Origin: Candidatus Aminicenantes bacterium
GTDB taxonomy: Bacteria; Acidobacteriota; Aminicenantia; Aminicenantales; Saccharicenantaceae
Reading direction: 5' to 3'
Assembly (NCBI GenBank): GCA_963742235.1
Contig: CAVULT010000027.1
Coordinates: 158,635 to 222,634 of the forward strand
Length of the DNA stretch: 64,000 bases
Numbering within the stretch: position 1 is the stretch's first letter; every line of letters starts with the position of its first letter. The notes below the pieces were generated by a model. The model did not search any database. It was not told where the DNA came from and saw only the letters and a list, made by a program, of their open reading frames with translations. Shown here piece after piece: positions 1-11,052 of the stretch. The position numbers and the translations under genes were made by a program.

Positions 1-115
1 TTTGTCCAGGGCCGCGGCGGGTCCTCGGCTCGCCCCGTGCGCGCCCCGCCTGCGGCCAAGACCAAGGCCGCCAGGCAGGCCACCGCCGATCTTCCGAGCC
101 GGCGGGCGGGGACGC

Positions 116-1489
116 TCATCTCTTCTTCTCCTTTTTGGGGACGATGGAGACCGCGGCGCATTCGCCTCGTCCGAGATAGCGCGCCGCGGCCCTCCGGAGA
201 TCGCCCGAATCGATCTTTTCGATGCGGTCCAGGTAGCGGCCCGGGTCCTCCCGGGTGTTGAGCAGCATGTAACGGACGAGAGAGCCGGCCAGCTGAAGAC
301 CGGACTCCTCGGCCAGCGCCGAGTTGAAGCGGATCTGGCTCTTGGCCATCTCCAGATAATCGAAGGCGGCCATCTCCGCCTCGGGCGTGAGAAAATCCTT
401 CTTCGAGTACGATTCGTTGTGGGCCCTTTTGAGGAAGGACACCGCCGCCCGCTCCACCGCCGCCAGGTCCTCGGGGTCGGCCTTGATCGACACGACGGCC
501 GCCCCGCCGAGCCCATTCGCGAGATAGGACATGGTGACGTTCTGGACGGAATCGCGCTGGCTTCGAAGGAAGGCGCCCAGAAGAGGATTCACGCCGCGGC
601 CCAGAGCCTCGACCAGGACGTTCATGGCATACTGGTCGGGATCGTTGTAGCCGGGGGCGGCGAAACCGATGAAGAGGTAGCCCGCTCGAACGTCCCGCTC
701 GAGTCGGCGGCTGCTCATCTTCCTGAGAGGGGAGGCCATCGGAAAGGCCTCCGGCTTGAAACCCGTTTTCGGAAGGGGCCCGAAGATCTCCCGGATCCGG
801 GCCTCCAGATCGGCCGTAACGAAATCCCCGGCCACGGCCAGGGCGCAATTGTCGGCCACGAAAAATTTCCGGTAGAACGCGCCGAGGTCGGCCGCGTTGG
901 CCGCGGCGATGACCTCCCGCCGCCCGTAGACCGAGCGCCCGTAAGGGTGACCGGGGAACAGGTCCTGGAGGACGAGGTCGACCGCGCTTCGCTCCGGATC
1001 GTCCTCCATCTGATCGTACTCCTCGAGGATGATCGCCTTCTCCCTGTCGACGTCGGCCTGGCTCAGGGCGAGGCCGAAGAGGATATCCTTCTCGTTCCGC
1101 AGTCCGAAATCGGCGGACTCGGACGGGAGCGAGATCTCGAAGACCGCCAGGTCCTGGCCCGTATTGCCGTTGAAGTAGGCCCCGTGGCGCCGGATGTCGG
1201 TCCCGACCTCGGCCCCCGATCGGGTCGACGTCCCCCGGAAGAGGGCGCAGTGCTCGAGGAGGTGGACGAGCCCGCTCGTCCCGTCGGTCTCGTCTTTCGA
1301 GCCGACATTGAAGCCGATGACAATGTGGACCAGGGGAACGTCCCGTTTTTCGTAGAGGAAGACCTGGAGGCCGTTGTCGAGGACGACATGCCGGCCCTGC
1401 GCGGCCGCGAAAAGGGGAGTCGCGGCGAGCCAGAGGCCGGCCAGGAGGCCTGACCCGAGTCCCCGAGCTCTGAGAAGTCGATTGGCCAC
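116..1489 (-). CDS. M16 family zinc peptidase (insulinase/pitrilysin-like), predicted active
   Basis: 457-aa ORF with a signal-peptide-like N-terminus and an intact HxxEH inverted zinc motif (GLVHLLEHCALFRGT); M16 N- and C-domain pattern. Confidence 0.8.
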   Translation of the reverse strand: MANRLLRARGLGSGLLAGLWLAATPLFAAAQGRHVVLDNGLQVFLYEKRDVPLVHIVIGFNVGSKDETDGTSGLVHLLEHCALFRGTSTRSGAEVGTDIRRHGAYFNGNTGQDLAVFEISLPSESADFGLRNEKDILFGLALSQADVDREKAIILEEYDQMEDDPERSAVDLVLQDLFPGHPYGRSVYGRREVIAAANAADLGAFYRKFFVADNCALAVAGDFVTADLEARIREIFGPLPKTGFKPEAFPMASPLRKMSSRRLERDVRAGYLFIGFAAPGYNDPDQYAMNVLVEALGRGVNPLLGAFLRSQRDSVQNVTMSYLANGLGGAAVVSIKADPEDLAAVERAAVSFLKRAHNESYSKKDFLTPEAEMAAFDYLEMAKSQIRFNSALAEESGLQLAGSLVRYMLLNTREDPGRYLDRIEKIDSGDLRRAAARYLGRGECAAVSIVPKKEKKR

Positions 1490-1661
1490 GGCGAAGCCTT
1501 CGAGAGGATCCGAGGCCAGTCTACCACAAGGGGTTGCAGCCCTCCAACAGGCCGCATTCTTTTTGGAAGGGGACAGCCCCCTTGGAGGCAGTCCCGAGCC
1601 CGCCGCGTTTTGCCCGGCGAGGGAAGAGTGTGCTAGAATCTCCTAAGAGGTTGCAGCAGCG

Positions 1662-3116
<1,455 letters not shown>

Positions 3117-3533
3117 CAGCGACTCCGGGCGACCGGGGGAAAGTGCCACAGAAAAGACACCGCCCTCCGGGGGGCGTAAGCTCTCCGGGGAGCAAGGGTG
3201 AAATGGCGAGGTAAGAGCTCACCGCCCCGGCGGCGACGCCGGGGGCAGGGCAAACCCCATCCGGAGCAAGGCCAAACGAGCCCCATTTTGGGATGGCCCG
3301 TCCCAGGGGGCGGGTCGGCCGCTGGATCCCGGGAGCAATCCCGGGACTAGACAAATGACCGTCGCCCGCGCAAGCGGGGACAGGATCCGGCTTACGTCCC
3401 GCTCCGGCCGTTCTTCTCTTCCCGCGAACCCTATCCCTGACCGCGGATTCTATGTTATAAGCGGTGCGATGATTCTCTATTCGGCCATCGGTCGCATTAT
3501 CTTCCTGCGTTTGAACGGCATCGGGGCCCGCTG

Positions 3534-4763
3534 ATGTCCCGATTCGCCTGGTGGAAAGAGGCCTCGCCGGACGCCCGGCGGTCGCTCGTCGCGGCCTCGT
3601 TCGGCTGGATGCTCGATTCCTTCGACGTCATGCTGTTTGCCATGGTCCTGGCGGCGCTCATGGCCGACCTGGGCATGGCCAAGGCGACGGCGGGACTGCT
3701 GGGTTCTCTGACCCTGGCCGCCTCGGCCGTCGGAGGCCTCATCTTCGGCGTCCTGGCCGACCGCTTCGGGCGCCGGAAGGCGCTGATGGCCAGCATCGTC
3801 ATCTACTCGGTCTTCACGGCCGCCTGCGGCTTCGCCACGGGTGTGGCCATGCTGGCCGTCTTCCGCATCTTCCTGGGGCTCGGGATGGGCGGGGAGTGGG
3901 CCAGCGGCGCGGCGCTCGTCTGCGAAACCTGGCCGGCCAGACATCGCGGCAAGGCTCTGGGGATCGTCCAGAGCTCCTGGGCCGTCGGCTATGCCGCGGC
4001 CGCGGCCGTTGCCGCGATCGTCCTGCCTGTCTGGGGTTGGCGCGGGGTTTTCTTCGTCGGCGTCCTGCCGGCCTTCTTCACCCTCTGGATCCAGAGGAGG
4101 GTCAAGGAGCCCGAGATCTGGAAGGCCGCGCGCGCGGCCGCCCCGAAGGTCCGGGCCGGGTTCGGCGAGATCTTCGGCCGCAAACGCCTGCGCCTGACCC
4201 TTCTCGTCACCCTGATGAACGCCTTCACGATGTTCGGCTGGTGGGGATTCAACCTCTGGCTTCCGGCCTACCTGTCCATGCCGTCCGGACAGGGCGGGAT
4301 CGGCCTGGCTCCCGGGACGATGTCCGCCCTGGTCATCTTCATGCAGGCCGGCATGTGGCTCGGCTACATCACCTTCGGGTTCATCAGCGACAAGATCGGG
4401 CGGAAAAGGTCGTACGTGGGCTTCCTCGTCGCCGCCGCGGCCTTCATGGTCCTCTATTCGAGGACCCGCGAGCCCCTGGTCTTGTTCGCCCTGGGCCCCT
4501 TCGTCGCCTTCTTCGGAACCGGATACTTCACCGGCTTCGGAGCGCTGACCGCGGAGATCTACCCGACGGCCATCCGGGCCACGGCGCAGGGGATCACCTA
4601 CAACACCGGCCGCATCGTCAGCGCCGTCGCGCCCTTCGCGGTGGGTTCCCTGGCCCAGACGAGAGGATTCGGATTCTCGTTCCTCATGATCGCGGCGTCA
4701 TTCCTGACGGCGGCGCTCTTCTGGGCGGGCATTCCCGAGACGGCGGGTCGAACGCTGGATTAG
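3534..4763 (+). CDS. MFS transporter
   Basis: 409 aa with about 12 predicted TM helices; MFS signature GVLADRFGRRKALM between TM2 and TM3. Confidence 0.75.
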   Translation: MSRFAWWKEASPDARRSLVAASFGWMLDSFDVMLFAMVLAALMADLGMAKATAGLLGSLTLAASAVGGLIFGVLADRFGRRKALMASIVIYSVFTAACGFATGVAMLAVFRIFLGLGMGGEWASGAALVCETWPARHRGKALGIVQSSWAVGYAAAAAVAAIVLPVWGWRGVFFVGVLPAFFTLWIQRRVKEPEIWKAARAAAPKVRAGFGEIFGRKRLRLTLLVTLMNAFTMFGWWGFNLWLPAYLSMPSGQGGIGLAPGTMSALVIFMQAGMWLGYITFGFISDKIGRKRSYVGFLVAAAAFMVLYSRTREPLVLFALGPFVAFFGTGYFTGFGALTAEIYPTAIRATAQGITYNTGRIVSAVAPFAVGSLAQTRGFGFSFLMIAASFLTAALFWAGIPETAGRTLD

Positions 4764-5605
4764 GCCGGCGCCGGTCCGGACCTCGTCCCGCAAATATCCT
4801 GGGGAAGAAGCTGCCAGGCGCCGCTCACTTTTTTGTAGCGGGTCGTCGCCGTTCTGACGAACCCGCGGTCATCCCAGGCGTATCGATCGAAACAGATGGC
4901 CGGCGGATCGATGATGATCCTGTCATAGGAATTCCTCTCGCCTCTTGTCCGTTTGGAGAGCGCCGTGCCCGCCTGGGCGACGATGATCGATCGCTTGACC
5001 GCGATATCGTGACTTTGGAGATCTCCCATGTAGCCTCGGTGATAGTGTCCGGCCAGCAGCAGATCGACGCCGCAGGGCTCGAGGGCTTCCGCCGCCAGGC
5101 CGCCCCGTCCCACCAGTGTCGCGTAAGGATCATCCAGGGGAGGAAGGAAGGGGTGATGGGTGACAAGCACTTTGAAGAGATGGCTGCCCGCAGAGCACAA
5201 TCGGTCGGCCAGCATTTTGATCTGAGCCGCCGAGATTCTGCCGTTCTTAAAAGTCGCCGCCCGCGCCGTATTGGCTCCGAGGACGATCAGCTCGTCATCT
5301 TCAAAGACGGGGTTCAGGTCGGCCGTGATGTAGTGCCTGTACCGGCGCAGCGGCGTGAGGGCGCGCCGAATGACGTCGTAAAGGGGGATGTCGTGGTTTC
5401 CCGGCACCACCAGACAGGGCGCCTGGATCTTCCGGATGAATGAGCCTGCGGCTTCGAATTGCGTCTTCCGAGCCCGTTGGGTCAGATCGCCGCTGATGAC
5501 GACCAGGCTCGGATCGATCCCGTTGAGATCCTCCAACAACCTCTCTGCGATCCGTCCGTCCTCCATCCCAAAATGGAGGTCCGAAATGTGCGCGATCATC
5601 CTCAT
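4760..5605 (-). CDS. Calcineurin-like metallophosphoesterase
   Basis: N-terminal ISDLHFG, then GDLT and GNHD motifs. Its start overlaps the upstream kinase stop by 4 bp, so the two form an operon. Confidence 0.7.
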   Translation of the reverse strand: MRMIAHISDLHFGMEDGRIAERLLEDLNGIDPSLVVISGDLTQRARKTQFEAAGSFIRKIQAPCLVVPGNHDIPLYDVIRRALTPLRRYRHYITADLNPVFEDDELIVLGANTARAATFKNGRISAAQIKMLADRLCSAGSHLFKVLVTHHPFLPPLDDPYATLVGRGGLAAEALEPCGVDLLLAGHYHRGYMGDLQSHDIAVKRSIIVAQAGTALSKRTRGERNSYDRIIIDPPAICFDRYAWDDRGFVRTATTRYKKVSGAWQLLPQDICGTRSGPAPA

Positions 5606-6504
5606 GGCGCTGCAGTCTCAGGCGCAAAGACGCGCAAAGCCTTGGGCCGGATCCGGTAATTGAGAGGGGTCTCGAGCGTCATGAGCTGGCCGTCCGCGCT
5701 CACCGTGATGCGCTTGCGCCGCGTTTGGACTTGAACCTCTTTGGAGAGGATGAAGGTGAAATCCTTTTCCTGTCTGATGCCGAGGAGGCCCATCAGCAGA
5801 ATTCTCAGCAGAGCGAGCCGGCCCGCGTGTTTCAAGAGATAGGTACAAAGCTCCCCGCGCTCCAAAGACGGGCGGTCGCCGACGCGCAGGAGCTTCATCT
5901 CATAGCGATTGTTGCCGACGAACAGGAACGGGGTCGTGCGCGTCAGACTGCCGTCGGGGGTCTCGAGCCTGAGGGTCACCAGGGGGAATCGCAAGAGCAC
6001 GCGGATCGAAGCATCCAGCATGGCCGGCCATTTTCCGCGGCCCAGGCGGATGATCTCCTGGTTTCGCCTGAGTACGGCCTTGGGATAGAGCCCGATCGAT
6101 GAATTGTTGACAAAGATGTGGCCGTTGACTTCTCCGACGTCGATCTCGCGCGTCTTGCCCGCTGCAATCGTGAGGACCGCCTCTTTCAAGTCGAACGGGA
6201 TCTTCAGGTCCTTGGCGAGGTGGTTCAACGTGCCCAGCGGCAGAATGCCCAAAGGGGTGGACGTGCCGGCCAGCACCCCGGCCACCGTGCCGATGGTGCC
6301 GTCCCCGCCCGCTGCGACCACGGCGTCGAAATGGGACAATTCGACCTGCTTCATAAGCGCGCTGAAGTCACGGATTTCGGGGGATTCGACCCGGGCCTCG
6401 ATGCCGACGGTCCGGAACGCGTCGGCGATGCCTTCGGCTCGGCTTTCTCCCTCACGGGAAGAGTCGTTGCCCGAAAGGGAATTGAGGATGACCAGGATCT
6501 TCAT
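5602..6504 (-). CDS. Diacylglycerol-kinase catalytic-domain lipid kinase (YegS/DgkA-like)
   Basis: DAGK_cat motif AAGGDGTIGT with a GILPLGTLN loop. Confidence 0.7.
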   Translation of the reverse strand: MKILVILNSLSGNDSSREGESRAEGIADAFRTVGIEARVESPEIRDFSALMKQVELSHFDAVVAAGGDGTIGTVAGVLAGTSTPLGILPLGTLNHLAKDLKIPFDLKEAVLTIAAGKTREIDVGEVNGHIFVNNSSIGLYPKAVLRRNQEIIRLGRGKWPAMLDASIRVLLRFPLVTLRLETPDGSLTRTTPFLFVGNNRYEMKLLRVGDRPSLERGELCTYLLKHAGRLALLRILLMGLLGIRQEKDFTFILSKEVQVQTRRKRITVSADGQLMTLETPLNYRIRPKALRVFAPETAAP

Positions 6505-6532
6505 CGTTCGTCGAGAGAAGGCCGGGCCGTCG

Positions 6533-6697
6533 TCAGTTCACGGCTTTTTTGACCGTGCGCTTCACATCCTTGACCACGCCCTTGACCCGGCCCCTGAGCT
6601 CATCCCTCTCGCCCTCTCGCCGAAGCTTCCTGTTGCCGGTCAAATCCCCGACCGCCTGTTTGAGCTTGCCTTTGCTCCTGTCGATGATCTCGCCCAT
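6533..6697 (-). CDS. CsbD-family general stress protein
   Basis: Hand-translated 54-aa ORF below the track cutoff: MGEIIDRSKGKLKQAVGDLTGNRKLRREGERDELRGRVKGVVKDVKRTVKKAVN. Typical CsbD repeat pattern. Confidence 0.6.
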   Translation of the reverse strand: MGEIIDRSKGKLKQAVGDLTGNRKLRREGERDELRGRVKGVVKDVKRTVKKAVN

Positions 6698-6759
6698 TAT
6701 TCACTCCCGTAGCCAAAGCGGCAAGCCCGCACGCGGTCTCACCGCAATGTCTCGCCTTT

Positions 6760-7518
6760 TCACTCGATGATCATTCGGTTGTCGATCTTTTTGACGCCGG
6801 GGATATCTTCAATGCGTTTGGTGACCAATTCCTTTTCCGCAGCGCTCTTGGCCTTGCCGCTCACTGTGACCACGCCTTTTTCGACGGAAATATCGGCTCT
6901 AAAGACGTTCGTGCCGCGGTGGAAAAGCAGCGCCATTTTGATCTGCGACTTGATGGATGCGTCATCGATGAATTCCCCGACCGACCTGCGATCCCCATGG
7001 GGCGTCTTGGCCACGGTCAGCTCATTGTCGACAGCCTTCACCCCTTCGATATCTTTGACATATTCGGTGGCCAGCCCTTTTTGGGCGCGGCTGTCGGCTT
7101 CCCCGCGAAGGGTCACCCGGCCATCTTCCACGGTAACCTCGGTAACGGCGCCGTCCAGGTTGCGATGCAGCATGAGCATAGCTTTGACCTTCATATGGAT
7201 CCAGGCGTCCGAGCCCTCGGCCGGAATTCCCCCCTTGACCTCCAGCTTGTTGTCGACGCTCTTCACTCCGGGCAGATCGGCGACCGTATCAGCCGCCAAC
7301 GATAGATGGGATTCCTCTGAAACGGTTCCCGTCAGGGTGACGACCCCATCCTGGGAGTGAATCCGGATATCATCGCCTTGGAGATAGGTCTTGAAGACAT
7401 ACGATGATCTAAAGGTGGATTCGATGCGTCTGTCGACGTCTTGAGCGACGAGAGAGACGGTCATCATCAACGACACCAGCGCTCCCAAAATCAACGTTTC
7501 CCGATAGTCTCTCTTCAC
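6760..7518 (-). CDS. BON-domain protein (3 BON repeats, OsmY-like), secreted
   Basis: Three repeats of V/I..V.V.V.DGVVTL.G.V; the signal peptide starts at GTG 7518, which is preceded by GAGGAGG. The track ORF extends to 7674, but that upstream part lacks an RBS. Confidence 0.7.
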   Translation of the reverse strand: MKRDYRETLILGALVSLMMTVSLVAQDVDRRIESTFRSSYVFKTYLQGDDIRIHSQDGVVTLTGTVSEESHLSLAADTVADLPGVKSVDNKLEVKGGIPAEGSDAWIHMKVKAMLMLHRNLDGAVTEVTVEDGRVTLRGEADSRAQKGLATEYVKDIEGVKAVDNELTVAKTPHGDRRSVGEFIDDASIKSQIKMALLFHRGTNVFRADISVEKGVVTVSGKAKSAAEKELVTKRIEDIPGVKKIDNRMIIE

Positions 7519-7559
7519 TTCGACTCCTCCTCTTGACTGATCAGGCTGCGTTTCTAACG

Positions 7560-7709
7560 CTAAAGAACTCTGCGGCCCTGCAGCAATCGTATGATCAGAA
7601 CGACCACGGCGATGACCAGAAGAAGGTGGATCAGGCCTCCGCCGATGTGGAAAGCGAAAAACCCCAAAGCCCACAGGATGACCAGGATGATGATGATTGT
7701 CTCAAGCAT
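7560..7709 (-). CDS. Small hydrophobic membrane protein (49 aa, lmo0937/DUF-type)
   Basis: Hand-translated MLETIIIILVILWALGFFAFHIGGGLIHLLLVIAVVVLIIRLLQGRRVL. GGAGG RBS 7 nt upstream of the ATG. Confidence 0.5.
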   Translation of the reverse strand: MLETIIIILVILWALGFFAFHIGGGLIHLLLVIAVVVLIIRLLQGRRVL

Positions 7710-8048
7710 GCCAACCTCCATTCTTAAATTAACCCCTCGCTGCCCTGCTTCCAGCCGCTACCGGACGGCAAGCCAGAGCCTGGAGAAGCCACTTATCGTC
7801 AAGCCGTTTTCATGCCAGGATATTTCCATATGATCAGAAAGACGGAAAATCGCCATCATCTCGGGAAAAAGGCGGAATTCCAGACGGCCGGCGACTTGAA
7901 GGCTCTAGTCAGATAGAATCGAGCCGCCATCCTGGATTCAGAGGCCATTCTGTCCGCCAGTACGATTCCTGTTTGAGCGGACATTTTTGACCTCCGGTCA
8001 GGACCGCGACTTGAATGACCGACGCTTGAACCAGGGGGCGGGTCGAGG

Positions 8049-9479
8049 CTAAAAGACGACCGAAAAGGCTTGGCGGATCAGAGTCAGGAGATTCCCCGGC
8101 CACACGCCGAGCTGGACGACCCCTAAAAGACACAGGAAGATGACCAGGTAGAGGGCCGGGTTCTCGCGGTCGAGGTCCGGTTCGGACTCGGCGTCCCGCA
8201 TGAACATCGCGACGATGACCTTCAGGTAATAAGCGACCCCGATGAGGCTGGCCAGGACGGCCGCCACGGCCAGGAGCACCTGACCCCGCGCGACGGCGGC
8301 GCCGAAGATATAGAATTTGCCCAGGAAACCGGCCGTGGGGGGGATGCCGGCCAGCGACAGGAGAAAGACCGTCATGCTCGCGGCGAGCCAGGGATGCCTG
8401 CGCCCCAGGCCGGCCAGGTCGGCGAACGAGGTGTGATCATCGCCTCTCCCTGACAGTGCGGCCAGGACGCCGAACGCCCCGGCGTTCATGAAGGTATAGG
8501 CAATGAGGTAGAAAACGAGCCCCGCCCCGTCGTCTGAAACGACCGCGACCAGGAGATAGCCCGAATGGGCGATGGCCGAATAAGCCAGGAGTCTCTTGAC
8601 ATCCTTCTGTCTCAACGCGGCCAGATTCCCCACGAACATCGTCAGGACGGCGGCAACGGCCACAGCCGGCACGAGGACCGAAGCCGGCCCGCCGCGGCCG
8701 GGGAGAGGGGCCAGGACGCGAAAGAGAACGACCAGCCCCGCGGCCTTGGGGGCGATGGTCAGGAAGGCGGTGACGGGCGTCGGCGCGCCTTGATAGACGT
8801 CAGGCGCCCACATATGGAAGGGGACGATGGCGATCTTGAAGAACAGGGCGGCCACGATGAGGCCCAGGCCGAACACGGCGGCGACGGATGACGAACCGGC
8901 CGGGCCGCCACCCCGGGAAAGGCTGGCCGTGAAGCTCAGCGCGCCCGAAGTCCCGAAGAGGATGGCCAGGCCAAAGACGAAGAACGCCCCGGCGAAGCTG
9001 CCCATGAGGAAGTACTTCGCCGCCGCTTCGGACGAGGCCCGGTCATTCCGCCTGAGGCCGGTGAGCGCGTAGGAGGCCACCGAGAGGACCTCGAGCCCGA
9101 GGAAGACGACCAGCCAGTCTGTCGAGGAGACCATGATCATCAGGCCGGATACGGCCAGGAGCAGCAGGCCGCAGAGCTGGCCGAGGTTGATGTCCCGGCG
9201 GGGGGCGTACTCGAGGCTCATCAGCAGGACAAAGGCCGCGATCAGAACGAAAACAGCCATGAGGAGGAGGGCGAGCGGGTCGAGAACGAGCCGCCCCCCG
9301 AAGAAGGCCAGCTCGAGTCCCCAGGAACGGACGATCAGGAACCCGGCGACGAAGAGGGAAACGATCGCCGCCGTCGCGGAGACTTCGTGGTCCTTGCGCT
9401 TCAGGAACGCCTCGAAGAGCAGGGCGACCAGAGCGCCCGCGACCACGGCGAGAAGGGGAGCCAGGGCCATGAGCGACAT
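8049..9479 (-). CDS. nuoN: NADH-quinone oxidoreductase subunit N
   Basis: 476-aa polytopic membrane protein with ND2/NuoN-like sequence; last gene of the nuo block. Confidence 0.85.
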   Translation of the reverse strand: MSLMALAPLLAVVAGALVALLFEAFLKRKDHEVSATAAIVSLFVAGFLIVRSWGLELAFFGGRLVLDPLALLLMAVFVLIAAFVLLMSLEYAPRRDINLGQLCGLLLLAVSGLMIMVSSTDWLVVFLGLEVLSVASYALTGLRRNDRASSEAAAKYFLMGSFAGAFFVFGLAILFGTSGALSFTASLSRGGGPAGSSSVAAVFGLGLIVAALFFKIAIVPFHMWAPDVYQGAPTPVTAFLTIAPKAAGLVVLFRVLAPLPGRGGPASVLVPAVAVAAVLTMFVGNLAALRQKDVKRLLAYSAIAHSGYLLVAVVSDDGAGLVFYLIAYTFMNAGAFGVLAALSGRGDDHTSFADLAGLGRRHPWLAASMTVFLLSLAGIPPTAGFLGKFYIFGAAVARGQVLLAVAAVLASLIGVAYYLKVIVAMFMRDAESEPDLDRENPALYLVIFLCLLGVVQLGVWPGNLLTLIRQAFSVVF

Positions 9480-9480
9480 G

Positions 9481-11052
9481 CTAGCGCTCCGGTTCCGCGA
9501 CGCCCGCCTCGTTCGCGGCGGACGGAATGGAGGGCGTCAGGGTTGAGGTGACCGCTGGCCTGGCCTTGGCGGAATCGATGTACCGGGAGACAGAGGCGTC
9601 CATCTTTCTCAGGATCGTCCCCGGGAAAAGGCCCATGAAGACCATGAGGACGATGATCGGAACAAGATAGGCGAGCTCGTGCCCGTCGAGATCGCGCAGT
9701 CTCGTGTCCTGAGGATCCTTGAGCGGGCCTTGCATGACCCGCCGGTAGAGCCAGAGGAGGTAGGCGGCGGAAAGGATCACCGTCGATGCGCCGAGGATGG
9801 CCAGGACTCTGTTCGATCCGAAGATGCCGAAGAAGCACAGGATCTCCCCGACGAAGCCGTTGAGCCCGGGCAGGCCGGCCGACGAGAGCATCGAGACAAG
9901 GAAGAGCCCGGCGAAGACGGGCATGCGGGCCGCCGTGCCGCCGTAATCCGTGATCAGCCGGGTCTGGGTCCGCTCGTAGAGGATGCCGACGCAGAGGAAG
10001 AGGGCCCCGGTGCTCAGGCCGTGATTGAGCATCTGGTAGAGGGCGCCCTCGGTCGCCTCGAAGTTTAGCGAGAAAATGGCCAGCATGATCAGACCCATGT
10101 GGCTGACGCTCGAATAGGCGACGAGGGATTTCATGTCCTTCTGGACGAGGGCCATCAGGCCGCCGTAGATGACGCCGACAACGGCCAGGATCGATAGGGC
10201 CGGGGCAAAGGAACCCGCGGCCTGAGGGAAAAGAGGAATGCCCAGCCGCACGAAGCCGTAGGCCCCCATCTTCAGCAGGATCGCCGCCAGAAGAACGGAG
10301 CCGGCGGTGGGCGCCTCGACGTGGGCGTCCGGAAGCCAGGTGTGGAGAGGAAAGAGGGGGATCTTGATGGCGAAGGCCAGGCCGAAGGCGAGGAAGAGCC
10401 AGGTCTGCAGGCCCGGAGCAAAGGGCGTCGCGGCCAGGTCGGCGATCGTCAGCGAGTAGCTTCCCGTGGCCCGGTAATAGGCGGCGTGGAGGACGAAGAT
10501 CGCGACCAGCATGAGCAGGCTGCCGAACATGGTGAAGAGGACGAACTTCATCGTCGCGTAGACGCGCCGGCGGCCGCCCCAGATGCCGATGAGGAAGTAC
10601 ATCGGGATGAGCATGGCCTCCCAGAAGACATAAAAGAGGAACAGGTTCAGCGAGACGAAGACGCCGATCATGCCGGTCTCGAGCAGGAGCATGAAGACGG
10701 AGAACTCTTTGACCCTGTCGGAGATGGCCTGCCAGGAGGAGAGCAGGGCCAGAGGCGTCAGGAAGGCGGCCAGAAGGACGAGGAACAGGCTGATGCCGTC
10801 GACGCCGACGTGATAGTCGAGGCCGCGTCCGAGCCAGGAGGCCCGCTCGACGAATTCGGGCAGGCCCGATTCGCCACCGAAGCCGAAATAAAGCGCTAAC
10901 GTCAGGCCGAAGGTCAGGAGCGACACGGCCAGGGCCACCGCCCGCACCATCTTGACCGCGCCGCCGCGGAAGAAGACGAGAAGGACGGCTCCCGCGAGCG
11001 GCAGAAAGGTGACCACGGAGACGATGGGGAATCCCGCGGTGAAAGCGTTCAT
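9481..11052 (-). CDS. nuoM: NADH-quinone oxidoreductase subunit M
   Basis: 523 aa, ND4/NuoM-like (LFLFYVFWEAMLIPMYFLIGIWGG). Confidence 0.85.
   Translation of the reverse strand: MNAFTAGFPIVSVVTFLPLAGAVLLVFFRGGAVKMVRAVALAVSLLTFGLTLALYFGFGGESGLPEFVERASWLGRGLDYHVGVDGISLFLVLLAAFLTPLALLSSWQAISDRVKEFSVFMLLLETGMIGVFVSLNLFLFYVFWEAMLIPMYFLIGIWGGRRRVYATMKFVLFTMFGSLLMLVAIFVLHAAYYRATGSYSLTIADLAATPFAPGLQTWLFLAFGLAFAIKIPLFPLHTWLPDAHVEAPTAGSVLLAAILLKMGAYGFVRLGIPLFPQAAGSFAPALSILAVVGVIYGGLMALVQKDMKSLVAYSSVSHMGLIMLAIFSLNFEATEGALYQMLNHGLSTGALFLCVGILYERTQTRLITDYGGTAARMPVFAGLFLVSMLSSAGLPGLNGFVGEILCFFGIFGSNRVLAILGASTVILSAAYLLWLYRRVMQGPLKDPQDTRLRDLDGHELAYLVPIIVLMVFMGLFPGTILRKMDASVSRYIDSAKARPAVTSTLTPSIPSAANEAGVAEPER

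Noticed and set aside
2-1453. 483-aa + strand ORF antisense to the M16 peptidase. Similar long antisense or alternative-frame ORFs exist at 1521..3149, 3551..5443, 11260..12861, 18720..20465, 35574..37097 and 50173..52182.
   Set aside because: Pro/Arg/Gly-rich low-complexity translations typical of stop-codon-poor frames in ~70% GC DNA, each overlapping a well-conserved gene on the other strand or frame.
1490-1661. Sigma-54 (-24 GG / -12 GC) promoter near the NtrC-like gene or elsewhere.
   Set aside because: No TGGCAC-N5-TTGC match at correct spacing; ttggccacgg and ggttgcagc do not fit.
7710-8048. 338-bp gap after nuoN examined for sRNA or terminator.
   Set aside because: Only a weak hairpin (gaccggaggtc) flanked by A/T runs in the wrong orientation for either strand; no conserved RNA features.
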